From assembly GCA_046348855.1 (NCBI GenBank), contig JAXMDK010000016.1, positions 36,721-100,720 on the forward strand: a stretch of 64,000 nucleotides of DNA, written 5' to 3'. The notes beneath the pieces were generated by a model. The model had not been told where the DNA came from. It ran no database searches and worked only from the letters and a program-made list of their open reading frames with translations. This document shows, in pieces, positions 26,894-37,273 of this stretch (its first letter is position 1; each line of letters opens with the position of its first letter). The DNA is from Paracoccaceae bacterium. GTDB taxonomy: Bacteria > Pseudomonadota > Alphaproteobacteria > Rhodobacterales > Rhodobacteraceae. The translations under genes were made by a program, and so were the position numbers.

Positions 26894-28086
26894 CCGCGAA
26901 CCGGCATGGCAAGACCGCCGAGCCGCGCCGCCGCCGCGCGCCCGGCATGGCGGCCGCTGGCCATACAGGCGGTCAGCAGGTAGCCGCCGGTCGGCGCTTC
27001 CCAGTCGAGCATTTCGCCGGCGGCGAACAGGCCGGGGATCGCCTTCAGTTCCAGCCCGCCGGTCAGGCCGTCGCCGCGGATACCGCCGGCCGACGAAATC
27101 GCCTCGGCAAGCGGGCGCGGTCCGCCGTGCGGCACCGGCAGCGCCTTGACCAGCCGGGCCAGTGCGTCAGGGTCGCGCGGCAGGGGCTGGCCCCATTCCA
27201 GCAGCAGCGCCAGCCGCATCGGATCGGACAGCACCGACTTGCGCAGGAAATTTCCGATGCTGTCGCTTCGGCGCGGGCGCGACAGCCGGGCGGTCAGGTC
27301 GGCAAGGCTGCGGTCGGGGGTCAGGTCCAGCGTCAGCGTCGCGCCATCGCGGACCGCCGCCGACACCGCATAGATGCCGCCACCCTCGATCCCGCGTTCA
27401 GACAGGACGAATTCGGCCCGCACCGTCTGGCCCCCGGCAGAGATCGTCACGCCCTTGACCGGCTGGCCCATATGCCGCGCCATCCGCGCCGACCACCCGA
27501 TTCGCAAGCCCATGTTTGCCGGCCGGAACGGTGCGATGCCGACACCTTTCGCCGCCAGCCACGGCACCCAGGCGGCGTCGGACCCGAGCCTTGGCCAACT
27601 GGCGCCGCCCAGGGCCAAAACGGTAACTTCCGGCGTCAACTTCTGCGGCCCGTTCGGCGTGTCGAAGACCAGCCCGTCGCCATCAAATCCCGTCCAGCGC
27701 CAGCGGGTGCGCAAGTCGACGCCCAGACCGGCCAGCCGCGCCAGCCAGGCCCGAAGCAGCGGCGAGGCCTTCATGCCGACCGGAAAGACCCGGCCGCTGC
27801 TGCCGGTAAACAGGCTCTGTTCCAGCCCTTTTGCCCAGTCCTGCACCTGCTCGGGACCGAAGTCGCGAACCACCGGGCGCAGCCAGTCGGCGCTGATCCG
27901 GTCGGCAAAGGCCGGGGCCGGTTCATCCCTGGTGAGGTTCAGCCCGGACTTGCCGGCCATCAGCAGCTTGCGGGCCATCGTCGGCTTGGCTTCAGCGACC
28001 AGCGGCGCGAAACCGGCGCGGGCCAGCTCCTCGGCGGCCATCAGCCCCGCCGGCCCGCCGCCGATGACCAGCGCCCGTGGGTTCAC
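26890..28086 (-). CDS. HI0933/BaiN-like NAD(P)/FAD-dependent flavoprotein
   Basis: GGGPAGL, GKSGLNLT, GSSGRVFP, GEMLDWEAPTGGYLL. Confidence 0.88.
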   Translation of the reverse strand: MNPRALVIGGGPAGLMAAEELARAGFAPLVAEAKPTMARKLLMAGKSGLNLTRDEPAPAFADRISADWLRPVVRDFGPEQVQDWAKGLEQSLFTGSSGRVFPVGMKASPLLRAWLARLAGLGVDLRTRWRWTGFDGDGLVFDTPNGPQKLTPEVTVLALGGASWPRLGSDAAWVPWLAAKGVGIAPFRPANMGLRIGWSARMARHMGQPVKGVTISAGGQTVRAEFVLSERGIEGGGIYAVSAAVRDGATLTLDLTPDRSLADLTARLSRPRRSDSIGNFLRKSVLSDPMRLALLLEWGQPLPRDPDALARLVKALPVPHGGPRPLAEAISSAGGIRGDGLTGGLELKAIPGLFAAGEMLDWEAPTGGYLLTACMASGRHAGRAAAARLGGLAMPVRG

Positions 28087-29393
28087 TTGGCCGCGCCGCG
28101 CAGTTCGACGACCCGGTGCGGATAGGGCATTTCGATCCCTTCGGCCTTCAGCGCCCGCCAGACGGCGAACAGCACCTGGCTGCCGTACTTGTTCTTGCCG
28201 TCGTCGATGCCGTTCACCCAGTATTCCACCGCGAAATCAACGGAGCTTTCGCCGAAGCGGCGCAGTTCGCAGTCCGGCCCGTCCGGGGCCTTCAGGACGA
28301 AGGGTAGCGCCGCCACCGCGGTCTCGATGATCGGGGGAACCCGGTCCAGGTCGGTTTCGTAGCTGACCGAAAAGGCGGCCTCGTAACGGTTGGCGCTGCC
28401 CTGATCGGAATAGTTGACGACGCGGGTGGTGATGAAATGTTCGTTCGGGACCACGATCCAGCGGCCGTCGAAGGTTTCCAGGATGCAGGCCCGCGCCGTC
28501 ATCTTGACGATGGTTCCCTTTTCGCCGCCGTCGAGTTCGACATAATCGCCGACCGTCGCCTGCCCCTCGATCAAGAGGATGATCCCGGAGATGAAGTTGG
28601 CGGCGATCTGCTGAAGCCCCAGGCCGATGCCGACACCCAGCGCGCCGCCCAGAACGGCGATGGTGGTCAGGTTGATGCCCATGATCTGCAGGAGCAGCAG
28701 GAAGGCCGCACCAAAGATCGCCACTTCGGCGGCCTTGGCGGCCAGTTCACGGGTGGCGGGGCGCAGTTCCTCCTGCGCCTTGATGTAGTCGGCGCTCTGC
28801 CGGTTCGACCATGATCCCAGCCAGAACAGCAGGCTTCCCGCGACGGCGCCGCGCAGAAGCGCCATGACCGAGAAGGTGATGTTGCCCATCTCGATGGTCA
28901 GGCTGTCCAGCCAGGCGGCAATCGGCTGGGTCAGGCCCAGCGCATAGACCGCCGCGACCGGCACCAGCACATAGCGCCCCAGAAGCCGCAGGAACGGGTC
29001 GCGCAGCACATGGGCGACGAACAGGCGGGCCGCGAAGAACAGGAACAGCCGCTTGCCGAAGGCGATTACCGCGCCCGAACCGAACACCTGCCGGGTAAAG
29101 GCCTCGCCCAGCGCGGTCATGCCATAAGCGATCAGCGGCAGGACCATCGGCAGGAACCGCAGCGCCAGCCGAACGATGGCGGCGAGCAGCCCGTGGCTGT
29201 CGGCGATGGGCTGCAACAGGCTGCGCAGTTTCGGCACCAGCCGCCGTTCAGCCAGCACCGCCAGCCCCCAGGCCACCAGCAGCAGCGCCAGTTGCGACCA
29301 GGCGGCCGGGCTGGTCAGCCAGCCCAGTGCCAGTTGCCAAGCCTGATTGCCATAGGCCATCAGCTTGGTCACGATTTCCGGCTGTCCGTTCAT
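28083..29393 (-). CDS. MscS-family mechanosensitive channel
   Basis: GGALGVGIGLGLQQIAANFISG, IVVPN, GIEMPYPHR. Confidence 0.92.
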   Translation of the reverse strand: MNGQPEIVTKLMAYGNQAWQLALGWLTSPAAWSQLALLLVAWGLAVLAERRLVPKLRSLLQPIADSHGLLAAIVRLALRFLPMVLPLIAYGMTALGEAFTRQVFGSGAVIAFGKRLFLFFAARLFVAHVLRDPFLRLLGRYVLVPVAAVYALGLTQPIAAWLDSLTIEMGNITFSVMALLRGAVAGSLLFWLGSWSNRQSADYIKAQEELRPATRELAAKAAEVAIFGAAFLLLLQIMGINLTTIAVLGGALGVGIGLGLQQIAANFISGIILLIEGQATVGDYVELDGGEKGTIVKMTARACILETFDGRWIVVPNEHFITTRVVNYSDQGSANRYEAAFSVSYETDLDRVPPIIETAVAALPFVLKAPDGPDCELRRFGESSVDFAVEYWVNGIDDGKNKYGSQVLFAVWRALKAEGIEMPYPHRVVELRGAAK

Positions 29394-29454
29394 GGCCTGC
29401 CCCGCCGCCTGCTGTCGCGTCACCTCTGGCAACAAAATGCCGGTCAGGCAAGCC

Positions 29455-30231
29455 TCAGGGCACGAGCGCGGCGATCAGCCCGCCATGGACGGCCGGGGCC
29501 GCCGCCAGGCATCCCGCAGTCCGGGGATCGGCCCGGTTGAAGCGCAGCGCCGCCCCCAGCCGGTCGCTGACCCGCGCGCCTGCCCGTTCGGCGATCAAGC
29601 TACCCGCGGCGATGTCCCATTCCCAGGTCGGCCGCAGGGTCAGCATCGCGTCGAAGGCGCCTTCGGCCACCAGGCACAGCCGCCAGGCCAGGGACGAGCG
29701 GAACATCCGGCGGACCGGCGGCGGCGTCCGGTCGCGCCAATGTTCGGGCGCCAGCGTCGGGCGCGAGGTCAACAGGGTTGCCTCGTCCAGCCGGCCGCGC
29801 CCGGAACAGCGGATCGGCTGGCCGTTGCACCGGGCAGGCTGTCCGGCGGCGGCGGCATAAAGCCGGTCCTGCGCCGGCAGAAACACTGCGGCCGCCGTCA
29901 CCCGCCCGGCATCGGCCACCGCCAGCGACACGGCGAAATCGGGGGTGCCGTCCAGAAAGGCGCGGGTGCCGTCGATCGGGTCGATGATGAAGGTGCGTGC
30001 CGCGCCCAGCCGCCCCGGCTCGTCGGCGCTTTCCTCGGACAGCCAGCCATAGTCGGGCCGCGCCGCGCGCAGGTCGGCCGCCAGCATCCGGTCGATGGCC
30101 AGGTCGGCCTCGCTGACCGGGCCGGCGCCGTCGCCCTTGTCCCAGGTCTCGGGCGAGCGGCGCCAATAGCGCAGGGCGATGGCGCCGGCGGCGCGCGCGG
30201 CCGCGTCCAGCAGGGCCAGGTCGTCGCTCAT
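29455..30231 (-). CDS. Inositol monophosphatase / CysQ family phosphatase
   Basis: WLSEE, IDPIDGT, WEWDIAAG. Confidence 0.9.
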   Translation of the reverse strand: MSDDLALLDAAARAAGAIALRYWRRSPETWDKGDGAGPVSEADLAIDRMLAADLRAARPDYGWLSEESADEPGRLGAARTFIIDPIDGTRAFLDGTPDFAVSLAVADAGRVTAAAVFLPAQDRLYAAAAGQPARCNGQPIRCSGRGRLDEATLLTSRPTLAPEHWRDRTPPPVRRMFRSSLAWRLCLVAEGAFDAMLTLRPTWEWDIAAGSLIAERAGARVSDRLGAALRFNRADPRTAGCLAAAPAVHGGLIAALVP

Positions 30232-31574
30232 TGGCCGGCGATGGTCAGCCCGTCGATCAGCAGGCTGGGGACCAGGTGGCTGAGGTGCGGCCGCGCGTCG
30301 TTGGCGGGCACGATCCGCATCAGCATGTCGCGCAGGTTGCCGGCGACGGTGCATTCGTTGACGGCAAAGGCGATCTGGCCGCCCTCGACCCAGAAACCCG
30401 ACGCACCCCGCGAATAGTCGCCGGTGTTGGGGTTGACCGAAGCGCCGAGAAAGCCGGTGACCAGCAGCCCGGTGCCCATGGCGGCGATCAGGTCGGCGCG
30501 GCTTTGGTCGCCCTGCGTCAGCGCGATGTTGCTGTTGCCCGGCTGCGGCACGGCGGAGGTCCCGCGCGAGGCCGAGGCGGTCGAACGCATCCCCAGCCGC
30601 CGCGCGGTGCCAAGGTCCAGCGTCCAGCCGGTCAGCACGCCATCGGCCACGATGTCGCGCCGGAAGGTCGCCAGCCCTTCGCCATCGAAGGGGCGCGAGC
30701 CCGACAGGCGCGGGCGATGGGGGTCTTCGGTCAGGTTCAGACCATTGGGCAGGACCTGCTGGCCCAGCGCGTCGCGCAGCCACGATGCGCCGCGGACGAT
30801 GGCGCTGCCGTTGGTGGCGGCCAGAAGGTGGCCGATCAGGCTGGCGCTGATCCGTTCGTCGAACAGGACCGGAAAGGTGCCGGTGCCGGGCTTGCGCGCA
30901 CCGGCGCGGGCGACGGCGCGTTCGCCGGCCTGCCTGCCCACTTCCTCGGGCGCCGGCAGGTCGGCCTGGTGGGCGCGCGATTCGGCGGCCCAGTCGCGCT
31001 CCATCCCCAGGCCCTCGCCGGTGATCGCCACCGCCGAGACCGACCGCGAGGTGCGCGCATAGCCGCCCGCGAAGCCGTTGGTCGCCGCCAGGTGGAACCG
31101 CCGCCGCGCGTAAGAGGCCGAGGCGCTGTCAATCTGCGCCACGCCCTTCACCGCCAGCGCCGCAGCCTCGGCCCGGCGAGCGTCCTGTTCCAGCTCGGCA
31201 GCCGTTGGGTCGGGTGTCGGGTCGGCCAGATCGAGCCCGCCGCCATCGCGCACCGCGGCCAGATCGCCCACATCGGCCAGCCCCAGCGACGTGTCCTCGG
31301 GCGCTTCGCGGGCCATCGCCACGGCGCGTTCGGCCATCTCGGCGATGGTGCGCGCCGACAGGTCAGAGGCCGACACCGCCGCCTGTCGCCGGCCGACCAG
31401 CACCCTGAGCCCGATCTCTACCCCGTCCGACCGTTCTGCCTGTTCCAGCGCGCCCTTGCGCACATCGACCGCAATCGCGGTGCCGTCCACGGCCATGGCG
31501 TCGGCGTCGGTCGCCCCCGCCTGCCGCGCCGCCTGAAGAAGCGCCGCCGTCAGGCTTTCCAGTCTGTCAGTCAT
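30228..31574 (-). CDS. pmbA: TldD/PmbA family protein (PmbA-like)
   Basis: SRPFDGEG, NPNTGDYSRGASG, VAGNL, PSLLID. Confidence 0.85.
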   Translation of the reverse strand: MTDRLESLTAALLQAARQAGATDADAMAVDGTAIAVDVRKGALEQAERSDGVEIGLRVLVGRRQAAVSASDLSARTIAEMAERAVAMAREAPEDTSLGLADVGDLAAVRDGGGLDLADPTPDPTAAELEQDARRAEAAALAVKGVAQIDSASASYARRRFHLAATNGFAGGYARTSRSVSAVAITGEGLGMERDWAAESRAHQADLPAPEEVGRQAGERAVARAGARKPGTGTFPVLFDERISASLIGHLLAATNGSAIVRGASWLRDALGQQVLPNGLNLTEDPHRPRLSGSRPFDGEGLATFRRDIVADGVLTGWTLDLGTARRLGMRSTASASRGTSAVPQPGNSNIALTQGDQSRADLIAAMGTGLLVTGFLGASVNPNTGDYSRGASGFWVEGGQIAFAVNECTVAGNLRDMLMRIVPANDARPHLSHLVPSLLIDGLTIAGQ

Positions 31575-31632
31575 TCTGCCGTTCCTGCCAAGTTTCTTGG
31601 CTAATGACATATGCGCCCCGGCGGACAAGCGA

Positions 31633-31665
31633 AAGGGCCGCCCGACATCTGCGCGGGCGGCCCTT
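31633..31665 (-). terminator. Hairpin terminator after the DUF2125-like gene
   Basis: AAGGGCCGCCCG...CGGGCGGCCCTT inverted repeat. Confidence 0.65.
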
Positions 31666-31682
31666 CGCCGATTTGCCGGGGT

Positions 31683-33203
31683 TTACTGGAGCCGCTGGCC
31701 GTTGGCGTAAAGCCCGCCGTCTTCCTTGAACTCGATCTTCGACTTGACCGCATCGTCGCCGGCCGGAACCGTGAACATGCCCAGCATCATCTTGTAGCCG
31801 GCGACCTGGTCCTGCGCGATCAGGCCCATGCCCACCAGATTGTCCATGAGCTTGTTGGCGCCGGTCAGGTTCAGGTCGACGGCGCCAATCGGCTTGGGCG
31901 TCGGGCCGCTGTTGTCGAAGGTGAAATCGCCGGTGCCGGTCAGCTCGGCGCCCGCAGCCTTGGCTTGCAACTGGTTCAGCTTGGCCGCCGACACTTCGAA
32001 GGGCGAGCGGTTGCCCGCGCCATCGGCGCCTTCGGCCTTTTTCACCAGCTCTTCGCTTTGCTTGGGATCGAAGATGTCGATCAGCGGCCGGATCGAGCCG
32101 GTCATGCCCAGAACCAGGGTGGCCGGGTCATGCGGCAGTTTCGCGGCCGGATCGACCATGTTCCACAGCGTGTCCGAGATCTTCAGGTCGATCAGCTTGA
32201 CCATCAGCGCGGCAGGCTTGGCCTCGTCGGACTTCGACACCGGCATCACGAAGTTGAAGGCCGATTGCGCCAGCGACATCTCGACCGGGAAGGGCATCGG
32301 GCCGGTCACCGACAGCTTGCCATCGGCCGAATCGCCGCCATAGGAAATCCCGTCCTTGGACATGGCGACCGACAGCTTGCCCGCGCCGCCGCTGCCTTCG
32401 GCCTTGACCGGGCCATCCTTGCCGGTGGTGTCGACCTTCATGGTGCTGCCCGCATAGGCGAGGTCGCCCTTGAAGCCGAAACCCGCCTGCAGCGCGGCGT
32501 TCATGTCGGCCATGCTGACCGCAGCCGGAACCATGCCGCTGCCGGTGGCGGTCAGGCCCGAGAAGGACCCGGACATGTTGAAGGTCTCGCCGCTGTCGGG
32601 CGTGGCGCCGGTCACGGCATAGTCCAGCGTGTCGGCCTTCATGTCGGTGGTCATGGTCCGGCCTTCGGCCTTTTCGACATGGCTCTTGCCGCTGCCGCCC
32701 TTGATCGTGAACTGGACCTTCACCGGGGCGTCCTGACCGTCGGTCTTCACCTCGTCGACCGAGAAGGTCAGGTCGGGAATCTCGGACACCATGTCCATGC
32801 TTTCGACCGTGCCGCTGAACTTCGCCGAATAGCCGGTCTGGGTGACCTTCATCTTGGTTTCGATCGGTTTGCCGTCGGCCGGGGTGACGGTCATCGTGAT
32901 CGGCAGTTCGGCCGGCAGGGTCAGCTCGACCGTCCCGTCGCCCAGATCCTTCAGCCGCAATTCAGAGACGGAAAATTCCGTCTTGGCGGTCGTGGCGTCG
33001 CCTTGCGCCCACTTGGCATCCTTGACCACCAGCGTGTCGCCGTCGCGGGCTTCGGACCCGGTGGTGATGGTCTGACCCATGCCGGCGTAGTAGTCCTTCC
33101 ACTCCTGCCAGACCTGTTCGGGGGTCACGTCGGCATGGACGGCGCCCGCGCCAAGGATCACGGCAAGCGCGGTGCTGGCGCCGAGGTTGGTCATTCGTTT
33201 CAT
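31683..33203 (-). CDS. Exported DUF2125-like protein
   Basis: Signal peptide AVHA-DVTPEQVW, beta-rich sequence, C-terminal LYANGQRLQ. Confidence 0.7.
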   Translation of the reverse strand: MKRMTNLGASTALAVILGAGAVHADVTPEQVWQEWKDYYAGMGQTITTGSEARDGDTLVVKDAKWAQGDATTAKTEFSVSELRLKDLGDGTVELTLPAELPITMTVTPADGKPIETKMKVTQTGYSAKFSGTVESMDMVSEIPDLTFSVDEVKTDGQDAPVKVQFTIKGGSGKSHVEKAEGRTMTTDMKADTLDYAVTGATPDSGETFNMSGSFSGLTATGSGMVPAAVSMADMNAALQAGFGFKGDLAYAGSTMKVDTTGKDGPVKAEGSGGAGKLSVAMSKDGISYGGDSADGKLSVTGPMPFPVEMSLAQSAFNFVMPVSKSDEAKPAALMVKLIDLKISDTLWNMVDPAAKLPHDPATLVLGMTGSIRPLIDIFDPKQSEELVKKAEGADGAGNRSPFEVSAAKLNQLQAKAAGAELTGTGDFTFDNSGPTPKPIGAVDLNLTGANKLMDNLVGMGLIAQDQVAGYKMMLGMFTVPAGDDAVKSKIEFKEDGGLYANGQRLQ

Positions 33204-33337
33204 GGCTGGCCTTTCTCAAAATCGTGCCGGAGCGGAAAATCACCCCACGTTACCAGCAAGACCGGCGGCGCGGAATGGTGGTATTCCGCCATTCCCGCGT
33301 GCTTATATCAGGCAAACCGGCAGAATTAGGGCAGGGC

Positions 33338-33958
33338 ATGATCGGACTGGAGAAAAACGGCGGGCTGTGGATTGCAACGCTCCGGCGGCCGGACAAGGCC
33401 AACGCGCTGACCGGGCGGATGCTGGCGGACCTGACCGACATCGCGCAAGCGGCCGCCGGCGAGGCCCGTGCCCTGGTCCTGACCGGCGAAGGCCGGGTGT
33501 TTTCGGCCGGCGCCGATCTTGACGAGGCGCGCGCCGGGCTGGCCGCCGACCCGGTCTGGGAACGGCTGTCGGGCGCGATCGCGGCGCTTCCCTGCCTGAC
33601 CATCGCGGCGCTGAACGGCACGCTGGCCGGCGGCGCCTTCGGCATGGCGCTGGCCTGCGACCTGCGGCTGGCGGTGCCCGAGACGCGCTTCTTCTACCCG
33701 GTGATGCGGCTGGGCTTCCTGCCGCAACCTTCGGACCCCGTCCGCCTTGCCCGGCTGGTCGGGCCGGCAAGGGCGCGGATGATCCTGATGGCCGGCCAGA
33801 AGATCGGCGCGGCCGAGGCGCTGGCCTGGGGCCTGGTCGACCGGATCGTCGCCGAGACCGACCTTCTGCCGCAGGCCGCGGCGCTGGCCACGGACGTGCT
33901 GGCAGCCGACCCCGCCCATGCCGCAGCGATCAAGGCGATGATCGGCGGCGGCGCTTGA
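33338..33958 (+). CDS. Enoyl-CoA hydratase/isomerase family (short form)
   Basis: RPDKANAL, FSAGADL, NGTLAGGAFG. Confidence 0.88.
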   Translation: MIGLEKNGGLWIATLRRPDKANALTGRMLADLTDIAQAAAGEARALVLTGEGRVFSAGADLDEARAGLAADPVWERLSGAIAALPCLTIAALNGTLAGGAFGMALACDLRLAVPETRFFYPVMRLGFLPQPSDPVRLARLVGPARARMILMAGQKIGAAEALAWGLVDRIVAETDLLPQAAALATDVLAADPAHAAAIKAMIGGGA

Positions 33959-34013
33959 GCAAGGCGCGGCGCTGGCATAAGTTGCCGACCGCACCTTGAC
34001 CCCCGGAGAATCC

Positions 34014-34259
34014 ATGACCCAGCGCCTGCACCTCGTCTTCGGCGGCGAACTCGTCAGTCCGGCCCGCAACGTCTTCAAGGACGTATCGAAGATTCACGTC
34101 GTCGGCATCTTCCCGGACTATGACAGCGCCCATGCGGCCTGGAAGGCCCAGGCCCAGCGCACCGTCGACGATGCGCACGTCCGCTACTACATCGCCCACC
34201 TGCACCGGCTGCGCGATGAGGAACGGGCCGCCAGCCCGACCGAGGAACTGGGCGCGTAG
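34014..34259 (+). CDS. DUF4170-like small conserved protein
   Basis: LHLVFGGEL, VGIFPDY, QRTVDDAH; GGAGA RBS. Confidence 0.8.
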   Translation: MTQRLHLVFGGELVSPARNVFKDVSKIHVVGIFPDYDSAHAAWKAQAQRTVDDAHVRYYIAHLHRLRDEERAASPTEELGA

Positions 34260-34269
34260 GGCGGCGGGA

Positions 34270-35487
34270 TTGGCGCGCTCGCTCGCCCTTGGGCTTTACC
34301 TGCTGATGGCCGAACGCGGCGCGCGTCCGCGCGCCGATGCCCGCCCGCCGCGACCCGAGGGCGAGCTTCTGTGGGTCCATGCCGGGTCCGGCACCCGGTC
34401 CGAGACGCTGCGCCAGCTCCTTGACGGGCTGGCGGCGGCTCGCGGCGGGCTGGGGCTGCTGATCACAGCCGAGGGCGCGCTGCCGCCCTTGGGCGACATT
34501 GCCTGCCAAAGCGAGATTGCGCCGCCCGACAACCTGCCCGACGTGCGCGCCTTTCTCGACCATTGGCGCCCGGATGCGGGTCTGTTCCTGGGAAATTCGC
34601 TGCCTCCGGCCCTGTTGACCGAGGCGCATGGTCGCGCCGTGCCGCTGGTGCTGGCCGATGCCCAGTTCGACCAGGCGGCGATCCCGGTCTGGCGGCGCGG
34701 CATCGTCGGTTCGGTCCTGTCGCGCTTTTGCCGGATCCTGGCGCGGGACGCCGGCAGCGTCGCGGCGCTTCAGCGGATCGGCGGGCGCGGGCTGGCGGTC
34801 GAGCTGGTGGGCCGGATCGACACGGTCCCCGACCCCCTGCCCTGCGACGAGGCCGAGCGCGAGGCGATGGCCGAACTTTTGCGCGCCCGCCCGGTCTGGC
34901 TGGCGAGCGGCTGCCCCGAGACCGAGGAAGAGGCGGTGATTGCCGCCCATGTCCATGCGATGAGCCAGGCGCACCGGCTGCTTTTGATCCTGATGCCGGC
35001 CGACCCCGACCGCGCGCCAGCGCTCGCGCAGCGCATCGGCGAACGGGAAGGGCTGATCGTCGCCTGCCGCTCTGCCGACGAAGACCCTTTGCCGGACGTT
35101 CAGGTGCTGATCACCGACGGGCCGACCGAGCTTGGCCTCTGGTATCGGCTGGCGCCGGTCACCTACCTGGGCGGCAGCCTTGGCGGCCCGGCGGTGCGCG
35201 ACCCGGCCGAAGCCGCGACGCTCGGGTCGGCCAGCGTCCACGGACCCGGCACCGCCCCCTACGGCGAGGAGCTTCAGCGCCTGGGCGAGGCGCGGGCCAC
35301 CCGGCCGATCGGCTCGCCCACCGACCTGTGTGCGGCGGTAGCCGAGCTCATCGCCCCGGACAAGGCGGCGCTCCTGGCGGGCAACGCCTGGATGTCGACC
35401 TCGGGCGGGGCCGAGGCGGTCGAGCGGATCGTGACCGCAACGCTGGGCGCGCTGGACCGGGCGCCGCGCGACCGGCTGGCAAGCTGA
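34270..35487 (+). CDS. Divergent Kdo-transferase (WaaA/KdtA)-like GT-B protein
   Basis: [32 protein letters not shown]; directly upstream of lpxK; several canonical motifs altered; TTG start assumed. Confidence 0.75.
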   Translation: MARSLALGLYLLMAERGARPRADARPPRPEGELLWVHAGSGTRSETLRQLLDGLAAARGGLGLLITAEGALPPLGDIACQSEIAPPDNLPDVRAFLDHWRPDAGLFLGNSLPPALLTEAHGRAVPLVLADAQFDQAAIPVWRRGIVGSVLSRFCRILARDAGSVAALQRIGGRGLAVELVGRIDTVPDPLPCDEAEREAMAELLRARPVWLASGCPETEEEAVIAAHVHAMSQAHRLLLILMPADPDRAPALAQRIGEREGLIVACRSADEDPLPDVQVLITDGPTELGLWYRLAPVTYLGGSLGGPAVRDPAEAATLGSASVHGPGTAPYGEELQRLGEARATRPIGSPTDLCAAVAELIAPDKAALLAGNAWMSTSGGAEAVERIVTATLGALDRAPRDRLAS

Positions 35488-36485
35488 TGGCCACCGCGCC
35501 GGACTTCTGGTTCCGCCCGCCCGCCCGGCCCGGCTGGGCCGCGCGGGTGCTGACGCCCTTGGGCTGGCTCTACGGGGCCGCCACCGCGCGGCGGCTGGCG
35601 CAGGGCGGCACAGGCTTCGATCCCGGCGTGCCGGTGATCTGCGTCGGCAACATCAATGCCGGCGGCACCGGCAAGACCCCCACCGTCATCGCGCTCGCCG
35701 AACGGCTGGCGGCGCGCGGGCGCCAAGTGCATGTGGTCAGCCGCGGCCACGGCGGCACGGAACGCGGGCCCCTGCGCGTCGACGAGCGGCGACATACCGC
35801 GGCTGAGGTGGGCGACGAACCCCTGCTTCTGTCGGCCTTCGCGCCCACCTGGGTGGCGCGCGACCGCGCCGCCGGCTGCCGCGCCGCCGCCCTAGCCGGG
35901 GCCGAGGCGATTCTTCTGGACGACGGCCACCAGAATCCAACGGTCCGCAAAAGCCTGTCGCTGGTGGTGGTCGATGCGGCGAAAGGCTGGGGCAACGGCC
36001 GCTGCCTGCCCGCCGGTCCCCTGCGCGAGCCGGTGGCGCGCGGCGTGGCCCGCGCTGACCTGGTCCTGGCGATCGGCCCGCCCCCGGCGCAGGCCGATTT
36101 CGCCGCGCGCTGGGGGTCGGCGATCACCCGCCCGCTGGTCACCGCCACGCTCGGGGTTCTGGAAACCGGAATGGACTGGCGCGGCCTCAGGGTGCTGGCC
36201 TTTGCCGGCATCGGCCACCCCGAGAAGTTCTTCGCCAGCCTCGCTGACTGCGGCGCCGAGGTGGTGCGCGCCATTCCCTTCGGCGATCACGAACCCTACA
36301 CCGCCGCCATCCTGCAACGGCTGCGCCATGAAGCCGCAACGCTTGGCGCCCAGCTTGTCACCACCGAAAAAGACGCCGCGCGCCTGCCCGTCGCCTTCCG
36401 CACCGAGGTCCTGACCCTGCCGGTCCGGCTGGCGGTCGCCGACTGGGCACCGCTCGACGCCGCCTTCGACCGGCTCGGCCTGTAG
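35487..36485 (+). CDS. lpxK: Tetraacyldisaccharide 4'-kinase
   Basis: [39 protein letters not shown]. Confidence 0.96.
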   Translation: MATAPDFWFRPPARPGWAARVLTPLGWLYGAATARRLAQGGTGFDPGVPVICVGNINAGGTGKTPTVIALAERLAARGRQVHVVSRGHGGTERGPLRVDERRHTAAEVGDEPLLLSAFAPTWVARDRAAGCRAAALAGAEAILLDDGHQNPTVRKSLSLVVVDAAKGWGNGRCLPAGPLREPVARGVARADLVLAIGPPPAQADFAARWGSAITRPLVTATLGVLETGMDWRGLRVLAFAGIGHPEKFFASLADCGAEVVRAIPFGDHEPYTAAILQRLRHEAATLGAQLVTTEKDAARLPVAFRTEVLTLPVRLAVADWAPLDAAFDRLGL

Positions 36486-36531
36486 GCCGGGCGCCCAAGG
36501 CCCGATGGAGGCGCCCTTGCCCCTCCCTGAT

Positions 36532-36588
36532 TTCATCTTGGCCCAAATATCCTGGGGGTCCGGGGGTGATACCCCCGGTCTTCGCGCC
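36532..36588 (+). repeat. Interspersed intergenic repeat (copy 1)
   Basis: TTCATCTTGGCCCAAATATCC followed by a GC hairpin; matches 61696-61716 at 20/21 positions. Confidence 0.7.
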
Positions 36589-36589
36589 T

Positions 36590-37222
36590 TCAGAATTCGA
36601 CGCCCTTCTGGCCCTTGATGCCCGACCGGAACGGATGCTTGACCAGCGTCATCTCGGTCACCAGGTCGGCGGCCTCGATCAGCGTCTCCGAGGCATTGCG
36701 GCCGGTCAGCACCACATGGGTCATCGGCGGCTTTTCGTCGCGCAGGAAGGCCAGGACCTCGGCCTCGTCGAGATAGCCGTAGCGCAGCGCGATGTTGATC
36801 TCGTCCAGCAGGACCATGCGGTTGCGGTCGTCGCGGATCAGGTCCTTGGCCTTGTCCCAGCCGCGGCGGGCGGCGGCGATGTCGCGGTCCTTGTCCTGGG
36901 TTTCCCAGGTGAAGCCCTCGCCCATCGCGTAGAACTGGCAGATGTCGCCGAAATGCGACTCGATCAGGGTGCGCTCGCCGGTCGACCAGGCGCCCTTGAT
37001 GAACTGGACGACGGCGCAGGGCATGCCGTGGGCGATGCAGCGCAGAATCATCCCGAAGGCGGACGAGCTTTTGCCCTTGCCCGGGCCGGTATGGACGATG
37101 ATCAGCCCCTTTTCGCCCTCCTTGGTCGCCATGATCTTGTCGCGCGCGGCCTTCTTCTTGGCCATCTTGCCGGCGTGGCGGGCGGCGTCATCCGGCGCAT
37201 CGGTCGTTTTCGGTTCGGTCAT
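36590..37222 (-). CDS. cobO: Cob(I)yrinic acid a,c-diamide adenosyltransferase
   Basis: HTGPGKGKSS, QFIKG, GEGFTW, LDEIN, TGRNA, KHPF. Confidence 0.96.
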   Translation of the reverse strand: MTEPKTTDAPDDAARHAGKMAKKKAARDKIMATKEGEKGLIIVHTGPGKGKSSSAFGMILRCIAHGMPCAVVQFIKGAWSTGERTLIESHFGDICQFYAMGEGFTWETQDKDRDIAAARRGWDKAKDLIRDDRNRMVLLDEINIALRYGYLDEAEVLAFLRDEKPPMTHVVLTGRNASETLIEAADLVTEMTLVKHPFRSGIKGQKGVEF

Positions 37223-37273
37223 GGTCCCTTCCGTTGCTTGACAGGGCCGGGCGCTTGGCCCAGAGGAGAGCGG

